From positions 11,404,959-11,468,958 of the forward strand of contig NC_068986.1 in NCBI RefSeq assembly GCF_001194135.2: a stretch of DNA of 64,000 bases, given 5' to 3'. Shown here piece by piece: positions 11,061 to 22,797 of the stretch; position 1 is the first letter of the stretch, and each line of letters starts with the position of its first letter. Position numbers and translations under genes: made by a program. This DNA is from Octopus bimaculoides (taxonomy: Eukaryota). Below the pieces are notes generated by a model. It saw nothing but the letters and a program-made list of their open reading frames with translations, was not told the origin of the DNA and did no database searches.

Positions 11061-12782
11061 GAAGAGTATTTCAGTTTTTTTTAATTTTAAATACCCCCCA
11101 AAGGGTCTTGCTGTCTCTGAAATGCACAAATAATCCCAGTTTTCACTACATTACATGCCTGAAAACTTACTCTACTCTGTATATGTGTATTCTCTGTTTT
11201 GATGAATTGAAATTGTATTTGAACATGTCTTTGGGAGAGAGAGAGAGAGAGACTATGATTTGTTTTCCATTCTACTTGAAGAATGGCAAAAGAAAATAAA
11301 ATGAATATTCAAATAAGCTTCGGAGCCAACAAGGCCACCGCTACATATCTATTTGATATGCTAGAAATAGTAACCAAATCCACTTCAAATCACACTCTTA
11401 TAGTCTTCAATGAAGGTAACTGGGAGGAAGAGTAGACAAAATGTATTAAAACAGATCATGTCTGAATAAAGAGAGGATTGTCATGGCTGGAATGGTTTTG
11501 ATCATAGATCTGCTCAATGAACGTTGATCTGGGGGTTAAATAACAACAATAGAGACTCTTTTTTTGTTTTTCAATTTCTATCTCTTAATTATATTCTCTC
11601 TGTATGTAATTCTCGCAATAACGTTAAAAGAAAAATTGGCAACAGATAAATAATCTCCTTGTTGAAATTCCATCATTTCTTGACCAATATAATTTTCTTT
11701 CTTTCTCAAACTTTCTTTACATACATGACATTAGGCGGGGGGGGGGGGGGAATTCTTGGCATGTTTACAAACACATCGACAATGGTGGTGGTGGTGGTGG
11801 TGGTGGTGCTGCTGCTGCTACTACTACTACCTACAGGCATCACCATTCTCTACTGTTACTACTTCTGGTACCAAAACCAGTTCTCTTGTGGGTGTGCCAT
11901 GAATGTATATAGCATATGAGTTAGTATCGCTTTATTTCCCTAATGCTCTTGGGTAAAAGCATTAGTGCCACAGCTGCACCCATCTAATTTAACAGCAGGA
12001 AATTAGTCAATATAAAAACTCTGTTGAAAATGAGATGGTATTCTTTGGTGCCTCTTAGATTGGTTTTTGACTTGCACCTCTCTTGAGTCGTCAGTATTTA
12101 ATGTCCACTCTTCCATATTTGTATGGGTCAGATGGAATTTGTCGAGGTACATCTTCTATGGCCAAAAATGCATTACCCCCTCACCACCCCTCACTGGTTT
12201 CCAAGTAGTAGTTCTTCAGTCGCTGGACATATTTTCATGGAAGAGAGGAAATGAATGACATCATTCATAAGATGATGTTCATTTCCAGCTATTGCATAAT
12301 GTCATGACACGGACACAAGGATTCACATGTGCATGCACACGCATGTATGTGTGCATACGTATGTATGTGTGCATGCACACACACACGCATATGTATGTGT
12401 GTGTGCATGTATATAAATATCATCATAACTCAACGTCCTTTTTCCATGCTGGTATGGGTGGACAGTTTGACAGCTGGCAAGCTAGAGGGCTGTTTTTTGC
12501 ATGGTTTCTATGGCTGGATGCCCTTCTTAATGCCAGCCACTTTACAATGTACTGTTTGCCTCTTACATGGCACACATGCACGTGCACGTGCGATGGGCTT
12601 ATTTCAGTTTCTGTCTGAAAAAGTCAGAAAATCACAATTCCTGCTTTTCTTCTTCAGTGAAGCCAGTAAGAATGGTAGCATGGCTTTGTCATACCAGCCT
12701 GTGGGATGAATGTATATATTTTCTCTTGATTCTTAAAGTCAAATAAACACATATGAAGAAATACTGATAATGACAATGACAC

Positions 12783-12883
12783 TATTATTATTATTATTAT
12801 TATTATGCTTATTATTATTATTATCATTATGCTTATTATTATTATTATCATTATGCTTATTATTATTATTATTATTATTATGC

Positions 12884-12929
<46 letters not shown>

Positions 12930-13108
12930 CATTATCATTATCTGAAACTCTGCCAAATCAGACTGGAGCCTGGTGTTGCCATCCGGTTTCACCAGTCCTC
13001 AGTCAAATCGTCCAACCCATGCTAGCATGGAAAGCGGACGTTAAACGATGATGATGATGATGATGATGATCATTATGCTTATTATTATTATTATTATTAT
13101 CATTATGC

Positions 13109-13139
<31 letters not shown>

Positions 13140-13159
13140 GCTTATTATTATTATTATTA

Positions 13160-13194
<35 letters not shown>

Positions 13195-13195
13195 T
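12783..13195. repeat. Compound (ATT)n/ATC/ATGCTT microsatellite interrupted by a 5'-truncated RTE tail (12941-13060)
   Basis: The same TTATGCTT(ATT)n unit occurs on both sides of GAAACTCTGCC...GGACGTTAAACG(ATG)n. Confidence 0.85.
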
Positions 13196-13590
13196 GCTGT
13201 CAGAATCATTAATGCACCGGGCAAAAATGCTTAGTGGCATTTTGCCCATCTTCACATTTTGAGTTTGGATGCTGCTGGGTGGACTTTGCCATTCATCCTT
13301 TCAGGGTTGATAAAATAAGTACCAGTTGAGCCCTGGGGTCAATGTGACTCATCCCCTTGTACGTATAGTAGAAAGGATTATTTATCATCATCGTTCAGGT
13401 GAAAAGCTGGTAGGATTGTTAGAATGTAGACCCAGAAGAAATGCCACTAGTTTGAAATTCTTCTGAGGTCTTCTCTACCTTTCTTTTGAGGTCGATGAAA
13501 GAAGCACCAGTTGAATGATGGGTTGGTTTAATTGATTAACACCCCTTCTCTAAAATTTTGAGCCTTGTGCCTCTTGTAGAAAGGATTATT
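13195..13590 (+). mobile_element. Two tandem degenerate family B SINEs
   Basis: AAATGCTTAG...TTTGAGTT...GACTTTGCC...GATAAAATAAGTACCAGTTG motifs occur twice. Confidence 0.6.
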
Positions 13591-14680
13591 ATTTTTATCA
13601 TCAAAATTTAACTTCCCTCCTTATAATATCTAAAATTGCAATATTTTAAAATGGAAAGTAAAAATAATGAATTTTAATATTTTCAAAAAATTACATATAA
13701 ACTCTCTTTGAAGAAATTAATGATAACATTAAATTTTAATAATTATTTTAATGCCTTCATTACTGCAAAGAAATCAATATCAAGAATTTTGAAATATCAA
13801 TCACTAATGAAAAATTAGTTAATAAGTTGGAATTGTTTATCTGTAATATCTTATAATTTAGCTTTGGGTAGTTAATTAGATTGCAATTAAATAGAAACTT
13901 GTGCTTCATTAAGATAGTTCCTTAAAAGGTTAAAACCTGTGGAAAAGTTCAAGTCTTCTCAGATGGAAGCTAAACCAAACAGAATTTAATGGAGAAAGTC
14001 TTTTACTACATATCTACTGTCACCATCAATTTGGTGGTTTCCCATTTTTCTATTTAGTCTATGATTCAGAAGCCATTTCAAAGCTACATGTTTTTAAATA
14101 TAATGGCAAAGATACTCTCAGGATTATTATTTTTTTTTGTTCTCTTTGTTTATTTTTGGCAAACATTTTATTAAAAAAAAAAAAAAAGGTGTACTCAACA
14201 GCATTGGAGGTTTATATTTTTGGTTGCAAAGTTTTCTGTTCTCGGCTTTTACTACAACTTCATCGTGAACTTTCAAGAGAAGTTAGACATCATTCATTAT
14301 TTCCATTTTACTTTCAATAAATGTCTTCCTTCTGTTTTCTTCTTTCGCAATATTTTTCATTCAATTTTCAGTACTAACATACATGGGCTCCTTAATCAAA
14401 TTTAAATACTTTCATATGACAACATAGTATCATGAGGTAAACCCTGTAGTTATTATCATCATCATCATCATCATCATCAGTTTAACTTCCATTTTCTTAT
14501 GCTTGCATGGGTCAGTTTATTGAGGCAGGTTTTCTGCAGCTGGATGCCCTTCTTTTTTCCAACTAGGGTAAATATTTTTCCATGGCCGGACATGTTTTCA
14601 GAGAATGTTGGAAATGAATAACAATGCATGTGTAACATTGAAATTTAATTATAGCTACCATGCATCATCAAGATAAAGGC

Positions 14681-14743
<63 letters not shown>

Positions 14744-14748
14744 CTCTT

Positions 14749-14787
<39 letters not shown>

Positions 14788-15251
14788 TGATTGCTTTCTT
14801 TCATTTTCCATCCACTCACAAAAGTTTGGTTGGCTCAGGGTTATAGTAGAAGCCACTTGGCAAAGGTGCCACATGATGGGACTGAACCCAAAACCATGTG
14901 ATTGAGAAGCAAGTTTCTTACCACACAGTCATGCCTGCATCTGGTGTTGTGTTGATTCTTTTGTTACCATCTTTCTGTTGAAATGCACTGCTTTTGTTTG
15001 TATAAATTTTGAAAATGATAAAGAATTTAGTAAAATAACTTTGCCATTATTTATGTTAGTGTTTAGAATATAAATTAACATGGAAGTCTGATGGAACATT
15101 TTAATTCAAATCATTTTAAAACCAGAAGTTTGTGTGTCCTGGAACTAAGAAGTGGTCTCTGACAGGGTTAAATATTATCATCTGTATATTTTCTTAGATT
15201 TTCACTTTTTGTGTTGTGTCACCTAACCAGGCTGGCATAGTTCAGTCATAT

Positions 15252-15725
15252 TTAACCCTTTAGCATTCAGATTTCTCTCTCTCAAATGTGATGCTTATGT
15301 ATTCACATTGTTTGGAATTAATCAGGCATTATGTCACAGCTTTGAGATTCCAATGATGTGATTGTTTGTTTTTAGAATGAAATTGTAGGGTTGGTATGAG
15401 AGGCTGGATCTGGCTAATTTCAACATAAAGCAGTTAGGATATCTGGGCTGGATATGGCTGGTGTAAATATTAAATTATTGAATTTTTATTGCTGGTTCCT
15501 AGGAAGGACTTGATACTTTTGGAAGGGTATTCCTTACAGGTGTTTGGTCTAGAGGTTAGCGTGTTGCACTCATGATCGCAAGATTGTGGTTTCATTCCCC
15601 AGATAAGGAATCTAAACCAGCATAGAGAAGATCCCTACTATTCTACCTATTTTGTGGCCAGCTTCAAGAGGAAACAGGTAGAGTATTTGGGCCGGATATG
15701 GCCAGTTTAATTGCTAAAGGGTTAA
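15252..15725. mobile_element. TTAA-flanked MITE family D, composite with a passenger segment
   Basis: TTAACCCTTTAGCATT left TIR, a decayed internal right end, a linker, a tRNA-like head and a second right half ending ATTGCTAAAGGGTTAA. Other D copies lie near 33667-33860, 37010-37229, 38318-38545, 41688-41790 and 43640-43858. Confidence 0.6.
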
Positions 15726-17309
15726 AGATTTATGTATACCAATGGGAAGGTTTGGTCACTGGTTGTTCTTTCCAAAATTAACACAAGTAATAATTAGTTT
15801 CTCGCTCACAGAAATCCAATAACAATGAATTTTGTCTTCAATTGTAGTCGTTTCACCATTTATAAATGCTGCTCTGCTTGATTTCCTTTCTATTTAATAT
15901 CAAACGTACAAAAATACTGTCATAATTTTCAGTGTATTAGTTCCAAGTAAGTGTATTATGGTTTTGTTATTTGTCCCCAACCACCGCCATTGTAATTCCA
16001 GAAATGATGCTGTTGGCTGCACACCAGTAGTGGAACTGGTTCTTTGGCTTTTAAGTCAACTGCTCAGTTAACAATGAAAATCTCGTATTTTATTGGCCTT
16101 TGATAATCAATAATCTCGGACATAATTATGATAATTAAAATTCCTGTCTCTGTTTTTGCATGTTAATCTATTTCCTTTCTTGCTGCTACAAGAACTGGAG
16201 AAGGGAATTATTACATATAATGGAGTATCTCTGACCTAAAATGTAGCTAAATAAGAATTAGAAATTATATTTACTAGAATTGACATCTTGTTGAATGTTA
16301 GCATCGAAAGGAAAAAAAAAAAACAAATATACTATTTTTAGTACTTACCAAACGACCTTTCCTTTCGAGCTTAGATTGTAGTTTACACTTGATGCACTTT
16401 GTCCATCTATACTTCTATTTTCAGTTTGGGACTTCATTTTTTTCCCCACACCCTCCAACCAGAATATTCCTTAACTTTGTCAGTTAATGTTTCAGTGTCA
16501 TCAATAACTGTTCATTCATAACTCTACTCTGTCGTCGTCATCATCATCATCATCACCACCATTTAGTGTCAGTTCTCCTTGCTGGCATGGCTTGGACAGT
16601 TTGATGGGAGCTGGCAAGTCGGAGAGTTGCACCAGGCTCCAATTATCTGTTTTTGCATGGTTTCTACAGCTGGTTGCCCTTCCTAATGGTAATTACTTGG
16701 TATTTTTTTTATTATCTCACCCCCATTAAAAAATTGGGTTATCTCCCCCTGTTTTATGAAAAATTTATAACAAATCATACCATTCCTATTGAGGAGGCCA
16801 AACATCAACAATGTGCTGAAGTATTGAATCAAAAGGATCTTAAACCTTTTTAATCCAATCTCTTGTCAACTCATAAACTCAATTTTTTAGTGGGGAGATA
16901 ACCCAATTTTTTAATGGGGGTGAGATAACCAAAGAATACCAATGACTTTACGGTGTGTACTGGATATTTTTTACATGGCACCAGTAGTATTAGTTATGAT
17001 ACAGTGGAAGTATACTTTTATCATTGAGTGTAACATCAGCAACTATGTCATACATACAGACAATAATTATAATTTAACTTGCAGCAAATTTCTTAGTGTT
17101 TATACAAAATGATGAAATGAATGCTAATTTTCAAAAGAAAAATATTCGTTTCCTTAAAGTAAGATTAAATAAAACAAATTTCTCAATAAATATATGTTGT
17201 TCTTTTTCTAATATTTATGAGCATAATGGCAGCCTAACCCATCGGAAACACATTTTTGCAAAAATTTCATTAAAAATATGTGTATTGTTCAGAAAGAGAA
17301 AGTTATAAG

Positions 17310-17387
<78 letters not shown>

Positions 17388-18553
17388 ATGTAAAGCGTGA
17401 CTAGAAAATAAAACAACCAACATTTATATTGGTTATTATTATAACATGGAGCTAACATATTTGATAGAATAAATCTCTGATCCAGAGAGAAATTCAAGAG
17501 TTATTTATTTATTTTTTCTTTGATAGCCATCACTCCTTGATCTCAGCTGTATTACAACTGATCAAGTAGAAGAATATTTCGCTGTGCTATATTAACATCT
17601 CCAGCAGTTTACAAATGGTTTTCCTCTGCTTTTTTTAACTAAAAACAACATTGAGGAAGAAGAAGAAAAAAAATCTATAAGGCCAGATAAATATTTGATG
17701 AGAAACTTAGCCAATCTGTCATTTTATTTAGTTTGGTTAATTTGTCAAACAATTTCTTTAATTGTGTATTCAATGTCACTTAACTTTTTGTTGTTGTTTT
17801 TTTGCATCATTCAGTTAGTCTTTTTTTTTTTTTTAAACTTTGATTACACTGCTTCTCAGTTTTCAATAATAATTTTTATTTTTAAATTTGATATTTTTGC
17901 TATTCTTATAAAAAATCTACACTGCTGTTGTTAGATCCTCTTCAAATATTTCTGACTTCTGTTGTGGAAAAAAATGGATGTTAAAAACAATGATAATTTC
18001 AATTGATTACAAACAAATTCAGTTTGGTCCCACGGTGCTACACCTTGGGCAAGTGTCTTTCTGCCATAGCCTTGGGAGTGGATTTGGTAGATGGAAACTG
18101 GAAGAAGCCTGTCATGTATATGTATACGTGTACCTTTGTTTTGACATCATGTGATTGATGGTTGTAGTCTTCATTGTAAAACATGGGGGAAATATTAACT
18201 TTGTATGGAAACGGGTATGGGTTGGTGACAGGAAAGGCGGCTGTTAAAAGACTGCTTCAATGAATTTCATCTGACTCCTGCAAGCATGGAATAGTGGACT
18301 TTAAATGATGATGATGATGATTTTACTAAATTTTTCATTATTTTCAAAATTAATTGAAAGGAAGATAATGTATTTTAATGGAAATATGATAACAAAAAGT
18401 TAATTTTATTCTCATCTTCTTATATCAAATACAGTTTTCTCGAACTTCTGTTCAGAAATCTTTTTTCAAAATATTTCTATCAATCTGAAACAAGATATTT
18501 TCTTTTTACATATATATATATATATGTATTTTTATTTTTATTTTCCATTTCAG

Positions 18554-18658
18554 ATATGCCTTTATATGGATTATGTCCAACGAAGGATGAGCTTTACCTG
18601 GTCGTATGTGATACATGTCACCTTGTCATCAAACCACAGGCCTTCTCAAGACATTGCG
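18554..18658 (+). CDS. ATXN7: Internal exon of an ataxin-7 (Sgf73) homologue: N-terminal zinc finger of the SAGA deubiquitination module
   Basis: Pyrimidine tract plus CAG acceptor, 105 nt, GTAAGT donor, phase 1-1. It translates (D)MPLYGLCPTKDELYLVVCDTCHLVIKPQAFSRHC, aligning from recall with human ATXN7 [35 protein letters not shown]. ATXN7 cannot be separated from its ATXN7L1/L2 paralogues here. Confidence 0.93.
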
Positions 18659-18744
18659 GTAAGTCCTTTTTCAGTTCCCCTCTCGCTTTTTCCATCTCTC
18701 GCCCTAAAAAAGCTTTTAGTGTTCATTGATTGATGGATATTCAA

Positions 18745-19170
18745 ATTTTTCTCCCCGCCCCACTTCCTGTGTATTTGTTGTTACTTCATAAGAGTACAAG
18801 TCCCTACTATTCTCCAAAGAAAAGAGGAGCAGATGGGTATTCCCCGCTCCCGAGAGAGAGAACATTCCGGGTCCCTAGCCGGATAGGCCTCCTCAAGTTG
18901 AACTGAGTTTTTTCACTCCTAGCAGATAACACCATTTCACCATTCAGGTGACAACCCTCCAACCCCATCCTGCCATCCAGCGTCCCCCCTTCCATTGGTG
19001 GATGAGAGTTCCTGATGGATTTGACCCAGTCACTGCATACACCATCTTGTAGAAGACATCTCACAGAGATGGAGACTGACTGGGACTCTGCTTGATGGGT
19101 CGCTCCAGGAGGACCTGGGAGGAATATACTGACAAATGGTGAATGTTGCATCATGCTGCACTGACTGATG
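18745..19170 (-). mobile_element. RTE LINE 5' fragment (start of the AP endonuclease domain), decayed
   Basis: Minus frame FNLRRPIRLGTRNVLSL resembles the LRRPxRxGxWNVLSL start of RTE endonucleases; stops follow. Confidence 0.55.
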
Positions 19171-19695
19171 CCCCCCCCCACACCTGATCTGTTAATGTTT
19201 GGTAAAGATTTTCTGAAATTAGGTTTTTTTGACATTATTACATTTTAAGATTTCATATGATAAGTAATATTATTAGCTGCACTTGTTCAAAGGTTGATAT
19301 CAGTATTACATAGAAGCAGAGGCAAAATATTTCAATGGGTGGCATTAATTTGCTAAGTTGGATTAGTACAGATTAGTTAGACTAATGTTGAATGCATCGG
19401 GTTTCTATAATTTAATTAACTCTTTCTTGTGCTTATACTTCTTCGAAATATGAGGAAGAATTTGAATGCAGTGTGTGTGTGTTTATGTGTATAATTTTAC
19501 ATATAATGAGCATGATAAAATTATATCTGTATGTAACCAAAACTCAAAGCAACCTTTTGGGTCAATTTAAAATGATAAATTTGATATATTTTAATGTAAC
19601 TGTCTTACAGTTTTATATTTAAGAGATGAGGAATTATGTACATTATTTAAATTATTTACATTTGACAGATATTTGTCCTCATCTTGTTTGTTGTT

Positions 19696-19741
19696 AACAC
19701 AACGTTTCCGTTGATATACCCTCCAGCCTTTATCAGGTGTC
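19696..19741 (-). ncRNA. Minimal hammerhead motif, inactivated (G8>A)
   Basis: Reverse complement reads GACAC CTGATAA A GGCTG GAGGGTATAT CAACG GAA ACGT T GTGTT. Confidence 0.4.
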
Positions 19742-19975
19742 TTGGGGAAATTTCAAACCTGGGTTCTCATTCTTAAGGTATTTTTCGATATTGTTGTTCT
19801 TATTATTATTATTCAGGTCACTGCCATATGCCCGTGCACATATGGTGTAGTGGTTAAGAGCGCAGGCTAACCCCAAGATTCCAAGTTTGGTTCCAGGCCA
19901 TGACCTGAATAATAATAATAACAACAACATCAAAAATACCTTAGGAATAAGAACCCAGGTTCGAAATTTCCCCAA

Positions 19976-20021
19976 GACACCTGATGAAGGCTGGTGGGTA
20001 TATCAACCGAAACGTTGTGTT
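19976..20021 (+). ncRNA. Minimal type-I hammerhead ribozyme, core intact; predicted cleavage after U20016 (GUU)
   Basis: GACAC CTGATGA A GGCTG GTGGGTATAT CAACC GAA ACGT T GTGTT: 5-bp stem I, stem II with one mismatch, palindromic ACGU stem III. Confidence 0.62.
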
Positions 20022-20306
20022 AACAACAAACAAGATGAGGATAAATATCTGTCAAATGTAAATAATGTAACTGTTTTATTCTTCAATTTGAATATCATCT
20101 TTGCTCAAAACACACAGCTGAGTGTTTCCAAATCATATTCACTATGATCACCTCTGCCCCTATTTACTGTTTCTATCTTTAAATGTAGGTTCTCTTCATT
20201 GTCACTCCAACTCTCCAATCTTTCGCATGTTAAATTGAAGGATTACTCAATACATTTAGTAGAGTATAAATTATTCTTTAACAAGAAAAGTATTGTTAGT
20301 GACTGA

Positions 20307-21119
20307 CTGCGCTGGTATGGTCATGTGGTGAGAATGGATTAGGATAGCTCTGTGAAAAAGTGTCACACCCTAGCGGTTGAGGGAACCTATGAAAGAGGTA
20401 GAGCTAGGAAGACCTGGGATGAGGTGGTGAAGCACGACCTTCGAACATTAGGCCTCAACAAGGCAATGACTAGTGACTGAGACCTTTGGAAATATGCTGT
20501 GCTTGAGATGACCCAGCAACCATCTATGCCAGTGGTGTAACCAGCCCACTTATGCGTGCCTTTCTTTCATTGGACACTAAACCCTGCTTGCGAAGACCTG
20601 TTGAAACAAGTGAAATTGAAATCAAATTCGCTGACATGGCCGTTTACAGCACCACATGACTGGCATCCGTGCTGGTGGAACACTAAGAGCACCATCCGAG
20701 CATGATCGTTGCCTGAGCTACTGACTGGTTCCCATGCTAGTGGCATGTAAAAAGCAACATTCGAGCGTGATCGTTACCAGCGTTGCCTTACCGGCACTTA
20801 TACCGGTGGCAAGTGAAAAACAACATTTGAGCAAGGTCATTGCCAGTGCCGCTGGACTGGCTCCTGTGCAGGTGGCACTTGAAAAACACCATTTGAGCGT
20901 GGTCATTGCCAGTACCGCCTGACTGGCCCTTGTGCCGGTGGCACATAAAAGCACCCACTACATTTTCAGAGTGGTTGGCGTTAGGAAGGGCATCCAGCTG
21001 TAAAAACTCTGCCAGATCAGATTGGGGCCTGGTGCAGCCTTCTGGTTCGCCAGCCCTCAGTGAAACCGTTTAACCCATATCAGCATGGATAGCAGACGTT
21101 AAACGATGATGATGATGAT
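20307..21119 (+). mobile_element. RTE LINE 3' end: ORF C-terminus, minisatellite-bearing 3' UTR and (GAT)n tail
   Basis: LRWYGHVVRMD*DSSVKKCHTLAVEGTYERGRARKTWDEVVKHDLRTLGLNKAMTSD*DLWKYAVLE, then about five ~63-bp repeats and the AGGAAGGGCATCCAGCTG...GACGTTAAAC(GAT)n tail. Confidence 0.88.
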
Positions 21120-21216
21120 CTGTGGAGTGGTGTGATAACTCTGTACACGCTTCTAGTATTATATTATCCCAAAATCTTAAAATGGGTATACATTTTTACC
21201 CTTTCGTTTGATATGT

Positions 21217-21512
21217 GGACAGAAAAAGTGCTTTAAGGACACATTTAAAGCCTTATTGAAGAGCTTTGAGATCAACCCTGACACTTGGGAAAGGCAAGCA
21301 CAAGACTGCCCTCTCTGACAAGGCTGCACCAGCAGAGGTGTTCTATGTCTTATGAACAGAACAGGATTGCTCAGAGCTCAGAGCCAACTCCTTGCCTTTA
21401 GCCCCAACAGACCATCAGTAAAGCACGCATCGGACTGATTGGTCACAGCCGGACACACCATGCTCAATATTCTTCACCCATGTGATATCCTTGGTCATTG
21501 TCATCAATGGAC
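21217..21512 (+). mobile_element. RTE (BovB-like) LINE 3' end remnant
   Basis: GQKKCFKDTFKALLKSFEINPDTWERQAQD, and after frameshifts ARIGLIGHSRTH. Confidence 0.78.
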
Positions 21513-22007
21513 TGGAGCAGCACGAAATCAAGTGTTCTTACTGAAGAACACAAGGCAATGTTCAGACCAGAAGTTGAAGCCACAATCAAGTGGTTGTGAG
21601 TGCAGCCCCATAACCACTTGGCCACAAAGCTTCATTGTGTGTCAAAGAAGGGTAATTGGTAATTGTGTTCTTTCATCATGCTTAGTATGGAAATAAGGAA
21701 TGGCTGTGTGGTAAGAAGTCTGCTTCTCAGCCATTTGGTTTTGGTTCTGTTTCATGACAAATGTTACTCTGAGCAAATGTCTTCTACTACAGCCCCAGGT
21801 TGACCAAAGCCTTGTGAAGACAGAAACTGAAAGAAGCCCATCATAAATACATGTGTGTGTGTTTTACCTACTTGGCATCATGTGATTGTTGTAAATGAAT
21901 CGGCCATATAGTGTCATTCATTTCCAATATTTTGTGGAAAAAACATGTTTGTTCATGATGAAAGTGGATGTTAAAATATGATAATGTCGATGATAAACCC
22001 TGTAGAT

Positions 22008-22165
22008 CAGTAGTTCTGAACTGCAGCTCACAGGGCTGCATGCAGCTCTTGAGCATCTTTCCGGCAGCCCCCAACAGTCTTCCCTCTTTCAATATTGGTG
22101 CAGCCCTTTAAAAAACATCAAGGTTTTGGATCTGACCTGGATATTAAAAAGGTTGAGAACCACTG
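22008..22165. mobile_element. hAT-type MITE
   Basis: TIRs CAGTAGTTCTGAAC / GTTGAGAACCACTG. Confidence 0.5.
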
Positions 22166-22199
22166 CTATACAGGTTAAATCCTAGTGCAAGATGATGAT

Positions 22200-22280
<81 letters not shown>

Positions 22281-22797
22281 TGGAAGTTGTCCCAATCAGA
22301 ATGTACTAATTTCAAATATAAACACAAATGATGAAATCCATACTTTCTTTCGTAATAATTCATCTCAGAAATATAAAGAAATAATTCTATAAATAGGTAA
22401 AAGTTAAACATTAGTGTTTGTTCTTGTAAGACTTAGAAAATTCTCAGCATAGCTTTGTCAATATTATCAGGTATGCCAAATTACATTCAGCAAGACAGCA
22501 TATATCAGACACTGAAGTATCTTAAAATCATGAATATGGATGATAGAAGTGGTACATTTGGTTTTTCCTTTCTTTCTCTCCCCACTCACTATTATTCTGC
22601 TATTCCTGCTGTAGTTTTTAAAAGTATATCTTAATTAAATTTACTTAATGCATAAAGAGTGACATCAACAATATTGGAGGTGGTGAAGAACTGGTTAAGG
22701 TAGGGGAAGACTCGATTAATGAGATATTATCAGTTTAGGTAAAAAACAAACAAACAGACAAACAAACAAAAAGGAAAGGCAAATAAAACCTTTGCGA

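Larger units (their letters stand above)
19607..20063. mobile_element. Palindromic tRNA-headed, hammerhead-tailed retroelement, copy 2 (opposite orientation, left head partly deleted)
   Basis: Same arms as 9545-10073. Flanked by AATGTAACTGTCTT (19593-19606) and AATGTAACTGTTTT (20064-20077), 13 of 14 identical. Confidence 0.8.

Noticed and set aside
12654-13224. Poly-I, poly-L, poly-N and HT/CV/RE/SL-repeat ORFs here and elsewhere
   Set aside because: They are translations of microsatellites, with no splice or homology support.
18807-19235. 142-aa minus-strand ORF as a nested gene
   Set aside because: It is explained by an RTE 5' fragment.
20640-20950. Regularly spaced repeats as a CRISPR-like array
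   Set aside because: The units are wholly tandem with no unique spacers, lie inside a LINE 3' UTR, and the DNA is eukaryotic with no cas genes.
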